Counted from the first letter of the stretch, positions 1-11,631 are shown. The stretch is DNA of 64,000 bases from Candidatus Latescibacterota bacterium (GCA_963667175.2 CAXXXF010000006.1:416001-480000), one strand, 5' to 3'. The notes: a model not told the origin generated them from the sequence alone. Program-made: numbers and translations.

Positions 1-788
1 GCCTGAAACCCCTCGACAACGGGGGGCAGCGCGTCGTCCATTTTGAAATCGAAACGAAACCCCAGGGCGCCCTGAGCGCTGAAAAGGACCCCTTCGGCAA
101 CACGCGGCACGTTCTCAACGTCCACGCGAAACACGCAGCGCTGGAGATTGCAGCTCAATCCACCGTAAGACCGGCACGCTCCAGACCGCTGCCACCCGGA
201 CTGGGCGCCGATGCGTGGAAGGAGATCGACGCCCGGAGGGACTCGTTTCTTCACTGGGACTTTACGCAGCCAAGCGCGATGGCGACGCCGTCCCGCGCGC
301 TCGCCGATTTCACGAGAAAAAATGGCATCGCGCGCGGGAACGACCCACTCGCGGACCTGACCCGGCTGTCCGAAACGTTGCACAATGCGTTTCAATATAC
401 ACCGGGAAGCACGTCAGCCGCGTCATCGATTGACGAAATCCTGAGCACGGGCCAGGGAGTCTGCCAGGACTACGCCCACGTCATGATCGCGGTTGCCCGC
501 TCCTGGGGCGTTCCCGCGCGTTACGTCTCGGGCTATCTCTACGTTTCCGGGTCTCCCGAAGGCCGGGCCTGGAGTAACGCCACGCACGCATGGGTGGAGT
601 GTCTGCTGCCGAGACTCGGCTGGGTGGGCTTCGACCCCACCAACCGAAGCGTCGTCGACGAACGACACGTCCGGATCGCGACGGGGCGCGATTATCTGGA
701 TGTCTCTCCTACCCGGGGCGTCCGGCAGGGCGGCGGTGAGACGCAGCTGGAAGTCAACGTCCGGATGCGTCCCCGGACCAACCATTAA
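1..788 (+). CDS. Transglutaminase-like family protein (5' end outside the window)
   Basis: Frame open from base 3 (LKPLDNGGQRVVHFEI...DPFGN); catalytic motifs GVCQDYAH, HAWVE, GFDPTN. Confidence 0.9.
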   Translation, partial: LKPLDNGGQRVVHFEIETKPQGALSAEKDPFGNTRHVLNVHAKHAALEIAAQSTVRPARSRPLPPGLGADAWKEIDARRDSFLHWDFTQPSAMATPSRALADFTRKNGIARGNDPLADLTRLSETLHNAFQYTPGSTSAASSIDEILSTGQGVCQDYAHVMIAVARSWGVPARYVSGYLYVSGSPEGRAWSNATHAWVECLLPRLGWVGFDPTNRSVVDERHVRIATGRDYLDVSPTRGVRQGGGETQLEVNVRMRPRTNH

Positions 789-796
789 TTCCGGCC

Positions 797-825
797 TTGA
801 CAGGTTTCTTTTTCCCCTTTATCTT
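797..825 (+). promoter_or_regulatory. Sigma70-type promoter for the riboswitch/thiC transcript
   Basis: TTGACA (797-802), 17-nt spacer, TATCTT (820-825), directly upstream of the aptamer. Confidence 0.75.
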
Positions 826-834
826 CTACGACAG

Positions 835-912
835 ATCCGCGCGGGGTGCCGAACGGCTGAGATCATACCCTTGGAACCTGATCTGGATTATGCCAGCGTA
901 GGGAAGCGGAAC
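835..912 (+). ncRNA. TPP riboswitch aptamer (THI element)
   Basis: Conserved GGGGTGCC...GGCTGAGA..ATACCC..GAACCTGATCTGGATTATGCCAGCGTAGGGAAG upstream of thiC. Confidence 0.97.
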
Positions 913-930
913 AAAGGTCTTGTAACCAAC

Positions 931-972
931 AAAAGAGGCCGTTCCTTCCAATGGGACGGTCCTTTGTGTTTA
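931..972 (+). terminator. Probable terminator of the riboswitch expression platform
   Basis: Hairpin GGCCGTTCC-loop-GGGACGGTC followed by CTTTGTGTTT, just 3' of the aptamer. Confidence 0.6.
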
Positions 973-1027
973 TGCGCGCCACGACCCTTCAATACGGGTG
1001 GATTTGACCAACGCCGACCGGCGCTTT

Positions 1028-2809
<1,782 letters not shown>

Positions 2810-2926
2810 TACGCGGCCGCGTTGTACCCTTCGAACGGTCACCGGGCGATTGCGGTTGATTCGCAACTCGCGGGTGGCCGTTCGAGTTTCTCGGAAGTAC
2901 GCTGTCAGGTAGTCTTCCCACGTCGA

Positions 2927-4291
2927 TCAGTTCAGTGCTTCCTCCGCGGACACCCGTCGTTGCCTGGCTTCTCTGGCATCGGCCGGTTCGACGTGGGGCG
3001 CATCCTCGCCGGCTGCGACCATGCGCCGGATCAAGCGCTTTCTCATGATCCGCGCAACCTCCTGGTGGGACGTCATCCCGATCAGGTTGCACAACTCATA
3101 GGGGTCCGCCTCCAGGTCGTACAGATATTGTTCCACGTACCGGTCCGACCCCGAGTGTTGGCCACCGTGGCATTCCGGCGCGTCCACACCGTACTTCCAC
3201 CGACGGGTGCGCACTGCCCGTCCCACCTGGGCCTCGCTGATCTGCACAAACGTCTCCTCTGGCCATCCGTCGCTGTTCCCAACCGTCAGCGGCAGGATTG
3301 ACCGGCCCTGCATCTCTGCAGGCGCCGCGACCCCCGCCGCATCCAGCAGCGTGGGCGTCAGATCGACCGTACTCACCAGATCGCGCACCTGACCCCCGCC
3401 GTCGAATCCCGGTCCCTGGAACGCGGTTGGCACACGAATCGAGCTCTCGTGGCAGGACCGCTTGTACTCGGCATTCCGCGTTTTGAAGTGGCAACCGTGG
3501 TCGGACGTAAACAACACGACCGTCCGTTCCGTCAGGCCCATACTCTTCAGCGCGTCCAGCATCCTGCCAAGCGCCTCATCCAACCGCTTCACCATTCCGT
3601 AATAGCCGCCCAGATGGCGATGGGCGGACCCTCCCAGCGCCGCAAGATCCGGTGGGACCCACCCGCCGGTATACCGTTCACGGTACCCGTCCGGCGGCGG
3701 ATAGTCGTCGATATGGTTCTGGTGATGAGGCTCGATAGTTGACACGAAAAGAAAAAACGGCTGTTCCCGGTTCCCGTTAATGTACCGGATGGCTGCATCC
3801 GTTACGGCATCGACCCTGTATCCCGGCAATTCAACCGGGGCGCCCTCGTTGTCGTACATCACCGTCCGGTATGCCTCGGACGTAGACTCCAGGGTGTTCG
3901 ACGCCAACCAGTACTCGTAGCCTCCACGCCCCTCTGGAGGCACCGGTCCGGTCGATCCGCGTCCGTTCAGATGCCACTTGCCGATGTAAGCCGTTCGGTA
4001 GCCCGCGTCTCCGAAATGGTGCGCCAGGGTCCGACGGTCCGGCGGGAGAGGAATCCCGTTGCGAAAGCAACCCGTCGTGGTGGCATACAACCCGGTCTGC
4101 AGGCAGGCGCGCGCGGGACCACATACGGGCTGGCAGGTGAATGAGTTGAATGCATGGGTGCCCCGTTGCGCCATCCGGTCGAAATTGGGCGTCAGGTCCA
4201 TAGGATTCCCATGAACCCCTGTTGTATCCCACCGCTGTTGGTCCGTAAAGAAGACAACGACGTTCGGCTTCTTTGAAATGCTTTCAACCAT
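2927..4291 (-). CDS. Sulfatase (Cys-type, formylglycine dependent)
   Basis: PNVVVFFTDQQR, CGPAR signature, GKWH, SDHG, LYDLEADPYE. Confidence 0.95.
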   Translation of the reverse strand: MVESISKKPNVVVFFTDQQRWDTTGVHGNPMDLTPNFDRMAQRGTHAFNSFTCQPVCGPARACLQTGLYATTTGCFRNGIPLPPDRRTLAHHFGDAGYRTAYIGKWHLNGRGSTGPVPPEGRGGYEYWLASNTLESTSEAYRTVMYDNEGAPVELPGYRVDAVTDAAIRYINGNREQPFFLFVSTIEPHHQNHIDDYPPPDGYRERYTGGWVPPDLAALGGSAHRHLGGYYGMVKRLDEALGRMLDALKSMGLTERTVVLFTSDHGCHFKTRNAEYKRSCHESSIRVPTAFQGPGFDGGGQVRDLVSTVDLTPTLLDAAGVAAPAEMQGRSILPLTVGNSDGWPEETFVQISEAQVGRAVRTRRWKYGVDAPECHGGQHSGSDRYVEQYLYDLEADPYELCNLIGMTSHQEVARIMRKRLIRRMVAAGEDAPHVEPADAREARQRRVSAEEALN

Positions 4292-4505
4292 GACGACCTC
4301 CATCTCTGTGATTTTTCAGTCCGCCAGGGGCATGATCCCGTTACTTTACGCGCTGCAGACGTTTTTCGGCAAACCGACCCGTCATGACGTTAAACCCTGC
4401 GCCTTACTCCTTCACTAGCCCGTCTCGTCGCTTCAATTCGTGATACACGTACCCGTCGTTTGTGCGGGTTCGATCGCGCCCCTTTCAATCGCACTGCAAA
4501 AGGGC

Positions 4506-4534
4506 GTGACAGAATGCGCCGGCGGGGATATCTT
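4506..4534 (+). promoter_or_regulatory. Putative sigma70 promoter of the 4.6-9.8 kb operon
   Basis: GTGACA, 17 nt, TATCTT; same -10 hexamer as the thiC promoter. Confidence 0.45.
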
Positions 4535-4589
4535 ATGGCGTCCGTAGACGCCGACCCGCCCCCCTCATACGTTGCCCGGAGACGGTTCG

Positions 4590-5885
4590 ATGGATAATCT
4601 GTCGATGCGCGAACTGCTCGTCAAGGCCGACCGGTATCTTGCAGGCGGCTGTCTGGGCAGCTTTCGGATGCCGGATGAAGTCGCAACCGTCATCCAGCGC
4701 GGAAGCGGATGCCGCATCTATGACGTCGAAGGTCGTGAATATATCGACTACATCCTCGGCTCCGGCCCGCTGATTCTGGGTCACGCCCACCCCGCCGTGG
4801 TGGAGGCCGTCCAGCGCCAGGTTGCGCTGGGGTCGACCTTCTACGCGCTCAATGAACCCGCCATCCGCCTCGCCGAACGCATTGTCGACGCCTCGCCCTG
4901 CGGGGAGTCGATCCGCTTCACCTCTTCGGGCACCGAAGGGACATTTTCCGCCCTCCGAATGGCGCGGGCATACACCGGCCGGGAGAAAGTCCTCAAATTC
5001 GAGGGCGGCTGGCACGGCGCGCACGACTATGCCCAGCAGAGTACGACACCGACGCGCCCCACGGACGGGCCGCTGCCCATCCCGGACTCCCAGGGCATTC
5101 CCAGGGCCGTCGGCCAATCCGTCCTGGTTGCCTCCTTTAACGATACCGCCGCTGCCGTAGAACTCATCGACTCGTACGCGGACGACCTGGCGGCCGTTAT
5201 CGTCGAACCCTTTCAGCGCGCCCTCCGGCCGGCGCCAGGCTTTCTGGAATCCATCCGGAAAGCCGCAAGCGCCCGCGGCGTCGTCCTCGTTTTCGACGAA
5301 GTCGTCACCGGCTTTCGCATCGCCTGGGGCGGCGCACAGGAGCGCTACGGCGTCCTGCCCGACGTTGCCGTCTACGGAAAGACGATCAGCGGAGGGTACC
5401 CGATGGCCGCCGTCTGCGGGCGGGCGGACGTACTGGCGTGCGCCGACCCACGTCGGAAGGGGGCCGCGCCGTATACCTTTGTGAGTGGAACGACGAACGG
5501 GAATCCCGTCTCTGCCGCCGCCGGCCTGGCGACGTTGGACGTCTTGGAAACCCAGGGCGTCTATACAAGGCTCTATGACGTCCCTTCCCGCCTGAGGCGC
5601 GGCCTCGAAGCCCTCGGCGCGGAATTCGGGCTGCCGCTTCAAATCCTGGGCGAAGGGCCGGTACTGCAACCCTATTTTGCTGACGGAGAAATTCGAAACT
5701 ACGCCGACACCCTCAAGGCCGATGCCGCCGCCGCTCGAAAACTGGGCATTGAAATGATGAAGCGCGGCATCTTCTTCAATCCGGGCGGCAAACTCTACTT
5801 TTCTCTGGCCCATACCGAAGCCGACGTCGACCGGACACTAGAGGTCGCTCGAGCAGCACTCAAACAGATTGAAGTCAACCTGTAA
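4590..5885 (+). CDS. Class III PLP aminotransferase (GSA-aminomutase-like)
   Basis: DVEGREYIDY, SSGTEG, FEGGWHG, FDEVVTGFR, YGK(PLP)TISGG; GGAG RBS before ATG 4590. Confidence 0.92.
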   Translation: MDNLSMRELLVKADRYLAGGCLGSFRMPDEVATVIQRGSGCRIYDVEGREYIDYILGSGPLILGHAHPAVVEAVQRQVALGSTFYALNEPAIRLAERIVDASPCGESIRFTSSGTEGTFSALRMARAYTGREKVLKFEGGWHGAHDYAQQSTTPTRPTDGPLPIPDSQGIPRAVGQSVLVASFNDTAAAVELIDSYADDLAAVIVEPFQRALRPAPGFLESIRKAASARGVVLVFDEVVTGFRIAWGGAQERYGVLPDVAVYGKTISGGYPMAAVCGRADVLACADPRRKGAAPYTFVSGTTNGNPVSAAAGLATLDVLETQGVYTRLYDVPSRLRRGLEALGAEFGLPLQILGEGPVLQPYFADGEIRNYADTLKADAAAARKLGIEMMKRGIFFNPGGKLYFSLAHTEADVDRTLEVARAALKQIEVNL

Positions 5886-5981
5886 TATCGGCCGATAACA
5901 ATACGGCGCGGCACATGCCGGCGTATTTCTGAAACAACCATTTTAGCGTTGTCGCCCTTCACTGTGGACCCATCCCAATAT

Positions 5982-6962
5982 ATGGACGTTTTCCTGAAAA
6001 AAACCACCGTTGTCGGCGCCGGTCTGATGGGCGGTCAGATTGCCCTCGTTCTGGCACTGGGAAGCAGAGAGACCTGGCTGATCAGCCGACGGAAGGAAAG
6101 CCTGGCCAGTGCGCGAAGAAATATTGAACGGTACGTACAGGATCTCGAACGCCACAACCGGCTTCGAGGCGACTCGCCCGACGCCGTGTTGAACCGCATA
6201 CACACCACCACCGATCTGGAGGTCGCCGTTGGTGAATCCTCCTTTGTCGTGGAATCCATCACGGAAGACCTGACGTCCAAACAGGCGCTCTTTCACCGGC
6301 TGGACGCCCTCGCGGCAAACGATGCACCCCTTGTCAGCAATACCTCCGGCCTGCCCATTACCAGCCTGGCGGAAAAAGCCCGGCACAGAGACCGCATTGC
6401 CGGCTCCCATTTCGTCCAGCCGGCCCACGTCGTGCCCGTTGCCGAAATCGTCCGCGGGGAGAAGACTTCGAACGAAATCATGGGTCGTATCGCAGGAATC
6501 TGGCAGCGGCTGGGCTACATGCCGCTTCGCGTGAACAAAGACGTGCCAGGATTCCTCGTCAACCGGCTTCAACATGCCCTTATCCGTGAGGCCGTCGACC
6601 TGCTGGCTTCCGGCGTCGCCTCCGCCGAGGACATCGACGCCGCCTTCCGACTGGGACTGGCGCCAAGATTCACCACCGCAGGCCCGCTGGAACAGCGCGA
6701 CATCAACGGACTGACCATGCACGTCCGCGTAGCCTCGCATCTCTGGCAGACCCTGGGAGGATGGGAGCAGCCCCTGGCCTACCTCCAGGCGCTGGTCGGG
6801 AAGGGAGCGACCGGGCTGGAGTCCGGAAACGGCTATTACAACTGGTCGGGAAGAGAGCCGCAAACGGTCCGCGCCGAAAAGGACGAGCAACTCCTGCGCC
6901 GGACCGCCGAGGTGATGGCGGACTGGGAGGAGGAACAGGCGACGCGCGGAAAGGGGCAGTAA
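5982..6962 (+). CDS. 3-hydroxyacyl-CoA dehydrogenase family protein
   Basis: VVGAGLMG Rossmann motif, VVESITED, SNTSG, HFVQP, PGFLVNRL. Confidence 0.92.
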   Translation: MDVFLKKTTVVGAGLMGGQIALVLALGSRETWLISRRKESLASARRNIERYVQDLERHNRLRGDSPDAVLNRIHTTTDLEVAVGESSFVVESITEDLTSKQALFHRLDALAANDAPLVSNTSGLPITSLAEKARHRDRIAGSHFVQPAHVVPVAEIVRGEKTSNEIMGRIAGIWQRLGYMPLRVNKDVPGFLVNRLQHALIREAVDLLASGVASAEDIDAAFRLGLAPRFTTAGPLEQRDINGLTMHVRVASHLWQTLGGWEQPLAYLQALVGKGATGLESGNGYYNWSGREPQTVRAEKDEQLLRRTAEVMADWEEEQATRGKGQ

Positions 6963-7015
6963 ACCCGGGATTCACGTTAGATCAAAGGACGTATGTCGTC
7001 GTTTCAGGAGGCACG

Positions 7016-7891
7016 ATGGGCGCCAAACGATACGTGATGTCGGCGGAAGAGCGATATTTCTTCGACCTGAACGGATATCTTGTTGTGCGCAACGCGCTCA
7101 CGGCGGAAGAGGTTGCCGAATGCAATGCGGCCGTGGATCACTTCGCTGAACTCGTCTCCACCCGTTCCGTCGACACCGGCGGCCTCGCCGGCGGGTCGTC
7201 CGTCCTGAAGGGCACACAGGGGCGAAAGGAGCTCACCGGGATGCTGGGCTGGCCGGCGCCGTACAGGGCGCCGTTCCGCCGGCTGCTCATCCATCCCGTT
7301 GTCGTTTCTCGTTTAAATGAAATGTCGGGCAAGGGTTTCCGACTGGACCACGGCCCCCTGCTCATCGGCGCGGAAGCCGGCGCGGAGGGGCACCGGTTGC
7401 ACGGCGCGGGCGAGCCCTTCAGTCAATCCGTGTGGTACCACCAGCAGAACGGCAGGATGTACTGCCGTGGCGTCACGGTGGCCTGGCAACTGGCGGACGT
7501 TCACAAGGGTGACGGGGGCTTCTGCATCGTGCCCGGCAGCCACAAGACGCGCGAACCCACCCCGGCGGGCGTACGTTCCGTGGACGACCCCATGGACCTG
7601 GTTGTACAGCCAGTGATGACCGCCGGCGACGTCCTGTTCTTCGCAGAAACGGCTACGCACGGCGCCCTGCCATGGAAGGGCGGACACGAACGCCGCTCGG
7701 TACTCTATAAATACGCGTCGCGAGCCGCCGCGCGCGCGACCGGGCGCCACTTTACGCCTGAAACCCGCTGGGGAACCTGGGTGCGAGACCTTACACCTGA
7801 ACAGAAAGCTGTCCTTTACGGTCCCGGCGTCCACACCGGTAGGAACTTTCCAAGGCTGGATTCCGACGGCGAGAAGACCCGGGTCGTCTGA
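7016..7891 (+). CDS. PhyH-family Fe(II)/2OG enzyme, HGA variant
   Basis: FFDLNGYLVV, LHGAG, GGFCIVPGSHK, AGDVLFF, THGALPW, RRSVLYKY; AGGAGG RBS. Confidence 0.9.
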   Translation: MGAKRYVMSAEERYFFDLNGYLVVRNALTAEEVAECNAAVDHFAELVSTRSVDTGGLAGGSSVLKGTQGRKELTGMLGWPAPYRAPFRRLLIHPVVVSRLNEMSGKGFRLDHGPLLIGAEAGAEGHRLHGAGEPFSQSVWYHQQNGRMYCRGVTVAWQLADVHKGDGGFCIVPGSHKTREPTPAGVRSVDDPMDLVVQPVMTAGDVLFFAETATHGALPWKGGHERRSVLYKYASRAAARATGRHFTPETRWGTWVRDLTPEQKAVLYGPGVHTGRNFPRLDSDGEKTRVV

Positions 7892-7897
7892 GAAAAC

Positions 7898-8800
7898 GTG
7901 ACAAACGGCGCACACAGTATGCGATCGGAGTACGTCATGAACGCAAAGGAACGCTACCTGTGGGATCTTACGGGCTACCTGATTGCACGCGAGGTTCTTT
8001 CGTCCGGGGAACTCGCAGCCGCGAACGAAGCCGTCGACAGGCAGCGGGACCGGATGCAGGTGGGCGATGACAATCTGGGCGCGCGAGACTCGCACTCCCT
8101 CCGCGGCACCGGCCGTCCGACCATGCACGGCCTGCTGCAGTGGGAACCCCCATATTGCGAACCGTTTCGACAGATGCTTGTCCACCCCGCCGTCGTCCAG
8201 CGCCTGAACGTCATGTGCGGGACGGGTTTTCGTTTGGATCACGGCCCCTTGCTCATCTCCGGTGTCAAAGGCACCGAGGGATTGACCATGCACGGCGCCG
8301 GCGAACCGCACAGACCCCACGTGGCGTACCATCACCAGAACGGCCAGACCTACTGCGGCGGCGTCACGGTGAGCTGGCAACTCGCCGACGTGAACCCGGG
8401 GGACGGCGGCTTCACCTGCGTACCCGGCAGCCACAAATCCGGATTTCCGATGCCGCCGGGCGTACGCACGTGCGACGACGACATGGGTACCGTGGTGCAG
8501 CCGTCCATGCGGGCCGGCGACGTCCTGTTCTTCATGGACGGCGCACAGACCCATGGCACACGTCCCTGGCAGAGCGAGCGGCCGCGGCGTTCGGTACTGT
8601 ACAAATACGCTTCCAGAACCTCCATTCGGGGCGGCCCCGCCAGGGATCTGGCCCCCCCTGAGATTTACTGGGGCGAAGATCTGGTGGAGGGGATGACCCC
8701 TGAACAGCGCGCGGTCATGTTCGGACCCTATTCCAACCACGGGAGCGAGGTTCCATTCCTTGCCGTGGACGAACACGGAAACGTCTGCATTGAACGCTGA
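7898..8800 (+). CDS. PhyH-family Fe(II)/2OG enzyme, HGA variant (paralogue of the preceding gene; start may be 7919)
   Basis: LWDLTGYL, MHGAG, GGFTCVPGSHK, AGDVLFF, THGTRPW, RRSVLYKY. Confidence 0.9.
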   Translation: MTNGAHSMRSEYVMNAKERYLWDLTGYLIAREVLSSGELAAANEAVDRQRDRMQVGDDNLGARDSHSLRGTGRPTMHGLLQWEPPYCEPFRQMLVHPAVVQRLNVMCGTGFRLDHGPLLISGVKGTEGLTMHGAGEPHRPHVAYHHQNGQTYCGGVTVSWQLADVNPGDGGFTCVPGSHKSGFPMPPGVRTCDDDMGTVVQPSMRAGDVLFFMDGAQTHGTRPWQSERPRRSVLYKYASRTSIRGGPARDLAPPEIYWGEDLVEGMTPEQRAVMFGPYSNHGSEVPFLAVDEHGNVCIER

Positions 8801-8811
8801 ATAAGAGCTTT

Positions 8812-9804
8812 ATGGACCCGCCCGAAGCCGAAACAATCACACGCCTGATTCGAAATGCATATCCGTCGTTCGCCCTGCTGGCCGGCATGCAACTCGGCGT
8901 ATTCAGCGCACTGGCCAACGGTCCGCTGGACGCGCGGCAAGTCGCGGAAGAAAGCCAGGGTTCGCCGGAGCGCCTCTCACGGCTGCTTTACGCGCTGGTG
9001 GCGGCTGGCCTGCTGCACGTCGAAGACGATCGCTTTATCAACGGTAGCGAGGCACAGCGTTTTCTTGTAAAGACCAGCCCCGATTACGTCGGAAACCTCC
9101 ACCACCTGCTCTCCGACCTGTGGTCGGCATCGCTCAAGACGGCGGACTCGATCCGGTTCGATCGACCACAGGCCGAACACAGCTTTGGTGACATGTCCCC
9201 CGGTCAGTTGAACGCCTTCTTTCGCGGACTTCACGACGATGCGCTGGCAACCGGACGGGACCTGGCGGCGCGTTTCGATTTTTCGTCCCGCAGGCGCCTT
9301 CTGGACGTTGGAGGAGGTTCGGGCGGCGTGGCCATCGCCGCCACCGAAGCCTGTCCCAGCCTGAACGCAACCGTGCTGGATCTGCCTGACGTCGTCCCTA
9401 TTACAAGGCGTTTCATCCGTGAGGCGAACGCGAGCGACCGGGTCGACACACTCGCATTGGACGTTACCCGAGAATCCGTACCGGAGGAATTCGACGCGGC
9501 GGTCGTGAAAGCCTTTCTTCAGACCCTTTCCCCGTGCCAGGCAGCCCGGACACTCACCCACATAGGCGCGGGGCTCGAGGAAGGGAGCGCCATCTATATC
9601 CTGGGTAACGGCATCCTGGATGACAGCCGTCACTCGCCGCGCGAAGCCGCCCTTTTCAATATCGTCTTCCTCAATATCTATCGCGGGGGGCGCGCCTACA
9701 CGGAAACCGAGTACCGTGCCTGGTTGGAGTGCGCGGGATTCGGAAACGTCCGGCGGGTCAGGCAACCGAACGGGTCGAGTATCCTTACGGCGAGAAAATA
9801 CTGA
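8812..9804 (+). CDS. SAM-dependent O-methyltransferase (dimerisation domain + Methyltransf_2, ASMT-like)
   Basis: N-terminal LGVFSALANGP winged helix; LLDVGGGSG SAM motif; DLPDV; GRAYTETEY. Confidence 0.9.
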   Translation: MDPPEAETITRLIRNAYPSFALLAGMQLGVFSALANGPLDARQVAEESQGSPERLSRLLYALVAAGLLHVEDDRFINGSEAQRFLVKTSPDYVGNLHHLLSDLWSASLKTADSIRFDRPQAEHSFGDMSPGQLNAFFRGLHDDALATGRDLAARFDFSSRRRLLDVGGGSGGVAIAATEACPSLNATVLDLPDVVPITRRFIREANASDRVDTLALDVTRESVPEEFDAAVVKAFLQTLSPCQAARTLTHIGAGLEEGSAIYILGNGILDDSRHSPREAALFNIVFLNIYRGGRAYTETEYRAWLECAGFGNVRRVRQPNGSSILTARKY

Positions 9805-9859
9805 ATGGGATACCGCACCGGTCACGCGGCGCGGAATGCGGATTGCCGCTAGAATCGTG

Positions 9860-9888
9860 TTGACAAACAGGAATTCCCTGTTTACCTG
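9860..9888 (+). promoter_or_regulatory. Putative promoter with overlapping inverted repeat
   Basis: TTGACA at 9860-9865; AAACAGG-aattc-CCTGTTT palindrome fills the spacer. Confidence 0.45.
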
Positions 9889-10004
9889 TAGTCTATCGCT
9901 ACATTCGGGGGGGTTCGGTAGATGCCGTGCACCTGAAACGGAACGGGGCGCGTCTGGCGAAAGCGATCCGTTCCGAGGTTTAACGACAACCCGCAGGAAT
10001 CATC

Positions 10005-10814
10005 ATGGACACCGACCTGGCAACGTACCTGTTTGACCTTCGCGGCTATCTGCATCTCGAGAACGCGCTCTCCGGCGGGGAAGTCGGCGAACTCAACACC
10101 TGCCTGGACGAGATTCCGCCGCTCCGGCCGGGGGAGTGGTTCGGCAACGTCCACGCCCACACCTACGGAGACGACACTTCCGGACTGAACCTCCAGCAGA
10201 TCTACGAAGCCGGGGCGCCCTTCGAGAACCTGATCGACCATCCTTCCTGGTTCGAAATGGTCAAGCGGTTTGTGGGAGGCGAGGGCAGCTTCGACCACCA
10301 CCACGGCCCCCTGTTCATCGACGAAAATTTCGCGAATTTTCGCGAACCCGGCGAAGCCATCGGGCTGCACTCCGGCGGGTACCCGCCCATTCTGCGAAAT
10401 CAGTTTCGCTACCACGGCGGACGCTTCATGTGCGGGCAGATCAACGTACTCATCGCGCTTACCGACGTCGGGTCCGGCGACGGCGGCACCATGGTCATCC
10501 CGGGGAGCCACAAGTCCAACTTCAAACACCCGCACTTCGACAGGCACAGGATGTCCCGAAACGCCACTGTGGAAGGCATCGAGGGCGCCGTGGAAATCCA
10601 TATGAACGCGGGGGACGCGCTTCTCTTTGTGGACGGCATCTCGCACGGCTCCGCCCGGCGCTCCAACCCGGGCACCCGGCGCGTGGTTGTCTACCGGTAC
10701 GGACCATCATGGGGAAACTTCCGACACGGCTATCAGCCCTCACCTGAACTGCTGCAAAGACTCACGCCTGAGCGCCGCCGGATCGTACAGCCGCAACGCC
10801 TCATCCCTCGATGA
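10005..10814 (+). CDS. PhyH-family Fe(II)/2OG enzyme, HSG variant
   Basis: YLFDLRGYL, LHSGG, GGTMVIPGSHK, AGDALLF, SHGS, RRVVVYRY. Confidence 0.9.
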   Translation: MDTDLATYLFDLRGYLHLENALSGGEVGELNTCLDEIPPLRPGEWFGNVHAHTYGDDTSGLNLQQIYEAGAPFENLIDHPSWFEMVKRFVGGEGSFDHHHGPLFIDENFANFREPGEAIGLHSGGYPPILRNQFRYHGGRFMCGQINVLIALTDVGSGDGGTMVIPGSHKSNFKHPHFDRHRMSRNATVEGIEGAVEIHMNAGDALLFVDGISHGSARRSNPGTRRVVVYRYGPSWGNFRHGYQPSPELLQRLTPERRRIVQPQRLIPR

Positions 10815-10899
10815 TCGCAGGAAAGGCCGATTCCACGTGACGGTCGGAACCGGATCGACGTACTTATTTCAGTTTCATACAAGGCCCAAGGAGGCTCAC

Positions 10900-11631
10900 A
10901 TGGCTACCACTCAGAACATGCTGGAAGCATTGAAGAACTTCGACACCCCGTCGATCACGAACGTCGTGGCCACGTATCCCGGCAATCCGCTCTGCCTGAG
11001 CCTCTACAATCCCTGGACGGAAAACTGGTACACGGACCAATCGATCCGGTGCATGTATCCCGAACTGGGCCGCACGGTGGGTTACGCGGTGACGTGCGTC
11101 TTCGGGCTGCCCGATCCCGACTACACCTCTCTGTCGTTTCTGGACGTGATCGACGCGCTCGACGCGTCTCCGAAACCGACCGTGCTCGTCTTCCAGCAGA
11201 AGTTCCCTCCTGAACTCGCGGCCAGGGTCGGACTGGCCGGCGGCAACATGACTTCGGCCATGAAAGCGGTCGGATGCGTGGGCGCCATCTCCAACGGGCC
11301 CTCTCGGGACATCGACGAGATTCGTCCCATGCAATTTCAATATATGCTCAGCGGCGTCACCGCAGGACACGGCGGCATGGACGTGCACGCCGTCAACGTG
11401 CCGGTCTCGGTAGGCGGAATGGACGTGGCGCCCGGCGAGATCATCCATATGGACGAGAACGGCGCGTGCAAATTTCCCGCCGACAAACTGGAAGCCGTTC
11501 TCAACAACGTCCGTGCGCTGCAGAAGGAGGAGGAAGAACGAATGGGCGCCCTGCTGAACGCCTCTTCAGCCGATGAAGTCCGGGCGATCATGGGCGGACA
11601 CACTTACGCTGACGAGGACGAAGAAAACTGA
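10900..11631 (+). CDS. RraA/HMG-aldolase family protein
   Basis: FDTPSITN, VGYAVT, GNMT, NGPSRDIDE, GEIIHMDENG; AAGGAGG RBS. Confidence 0.88.
   Translation: MATTQNMLEALKNFDTPSITNVVATYPGNPLCLSLYNPWTENWYTDQSIRCMYPELGRTVGYAVTCVFGLPDPDYTSLSFLDVIDALDASPKPTVLVFQQKFPPELAARVGLAGGNMTSAMKAVGCVGAISNGPSRDIDEIRPMQFQYMLSGVTAGHGGMDVHAVNVPVSVGGMDVAPGEIIHMDENGACKFPADKLEAVLNNVRALQKEEEERMGALLNASSADEVRAIMGGHTYADEDEEN

Noticed and set aside
4590-5885. Calling this gene or 47200..48429 hemL
   Set aside because: Two divergent paralogues in catabolic contexts with no heme genes nearby; only a family-level call is supported.
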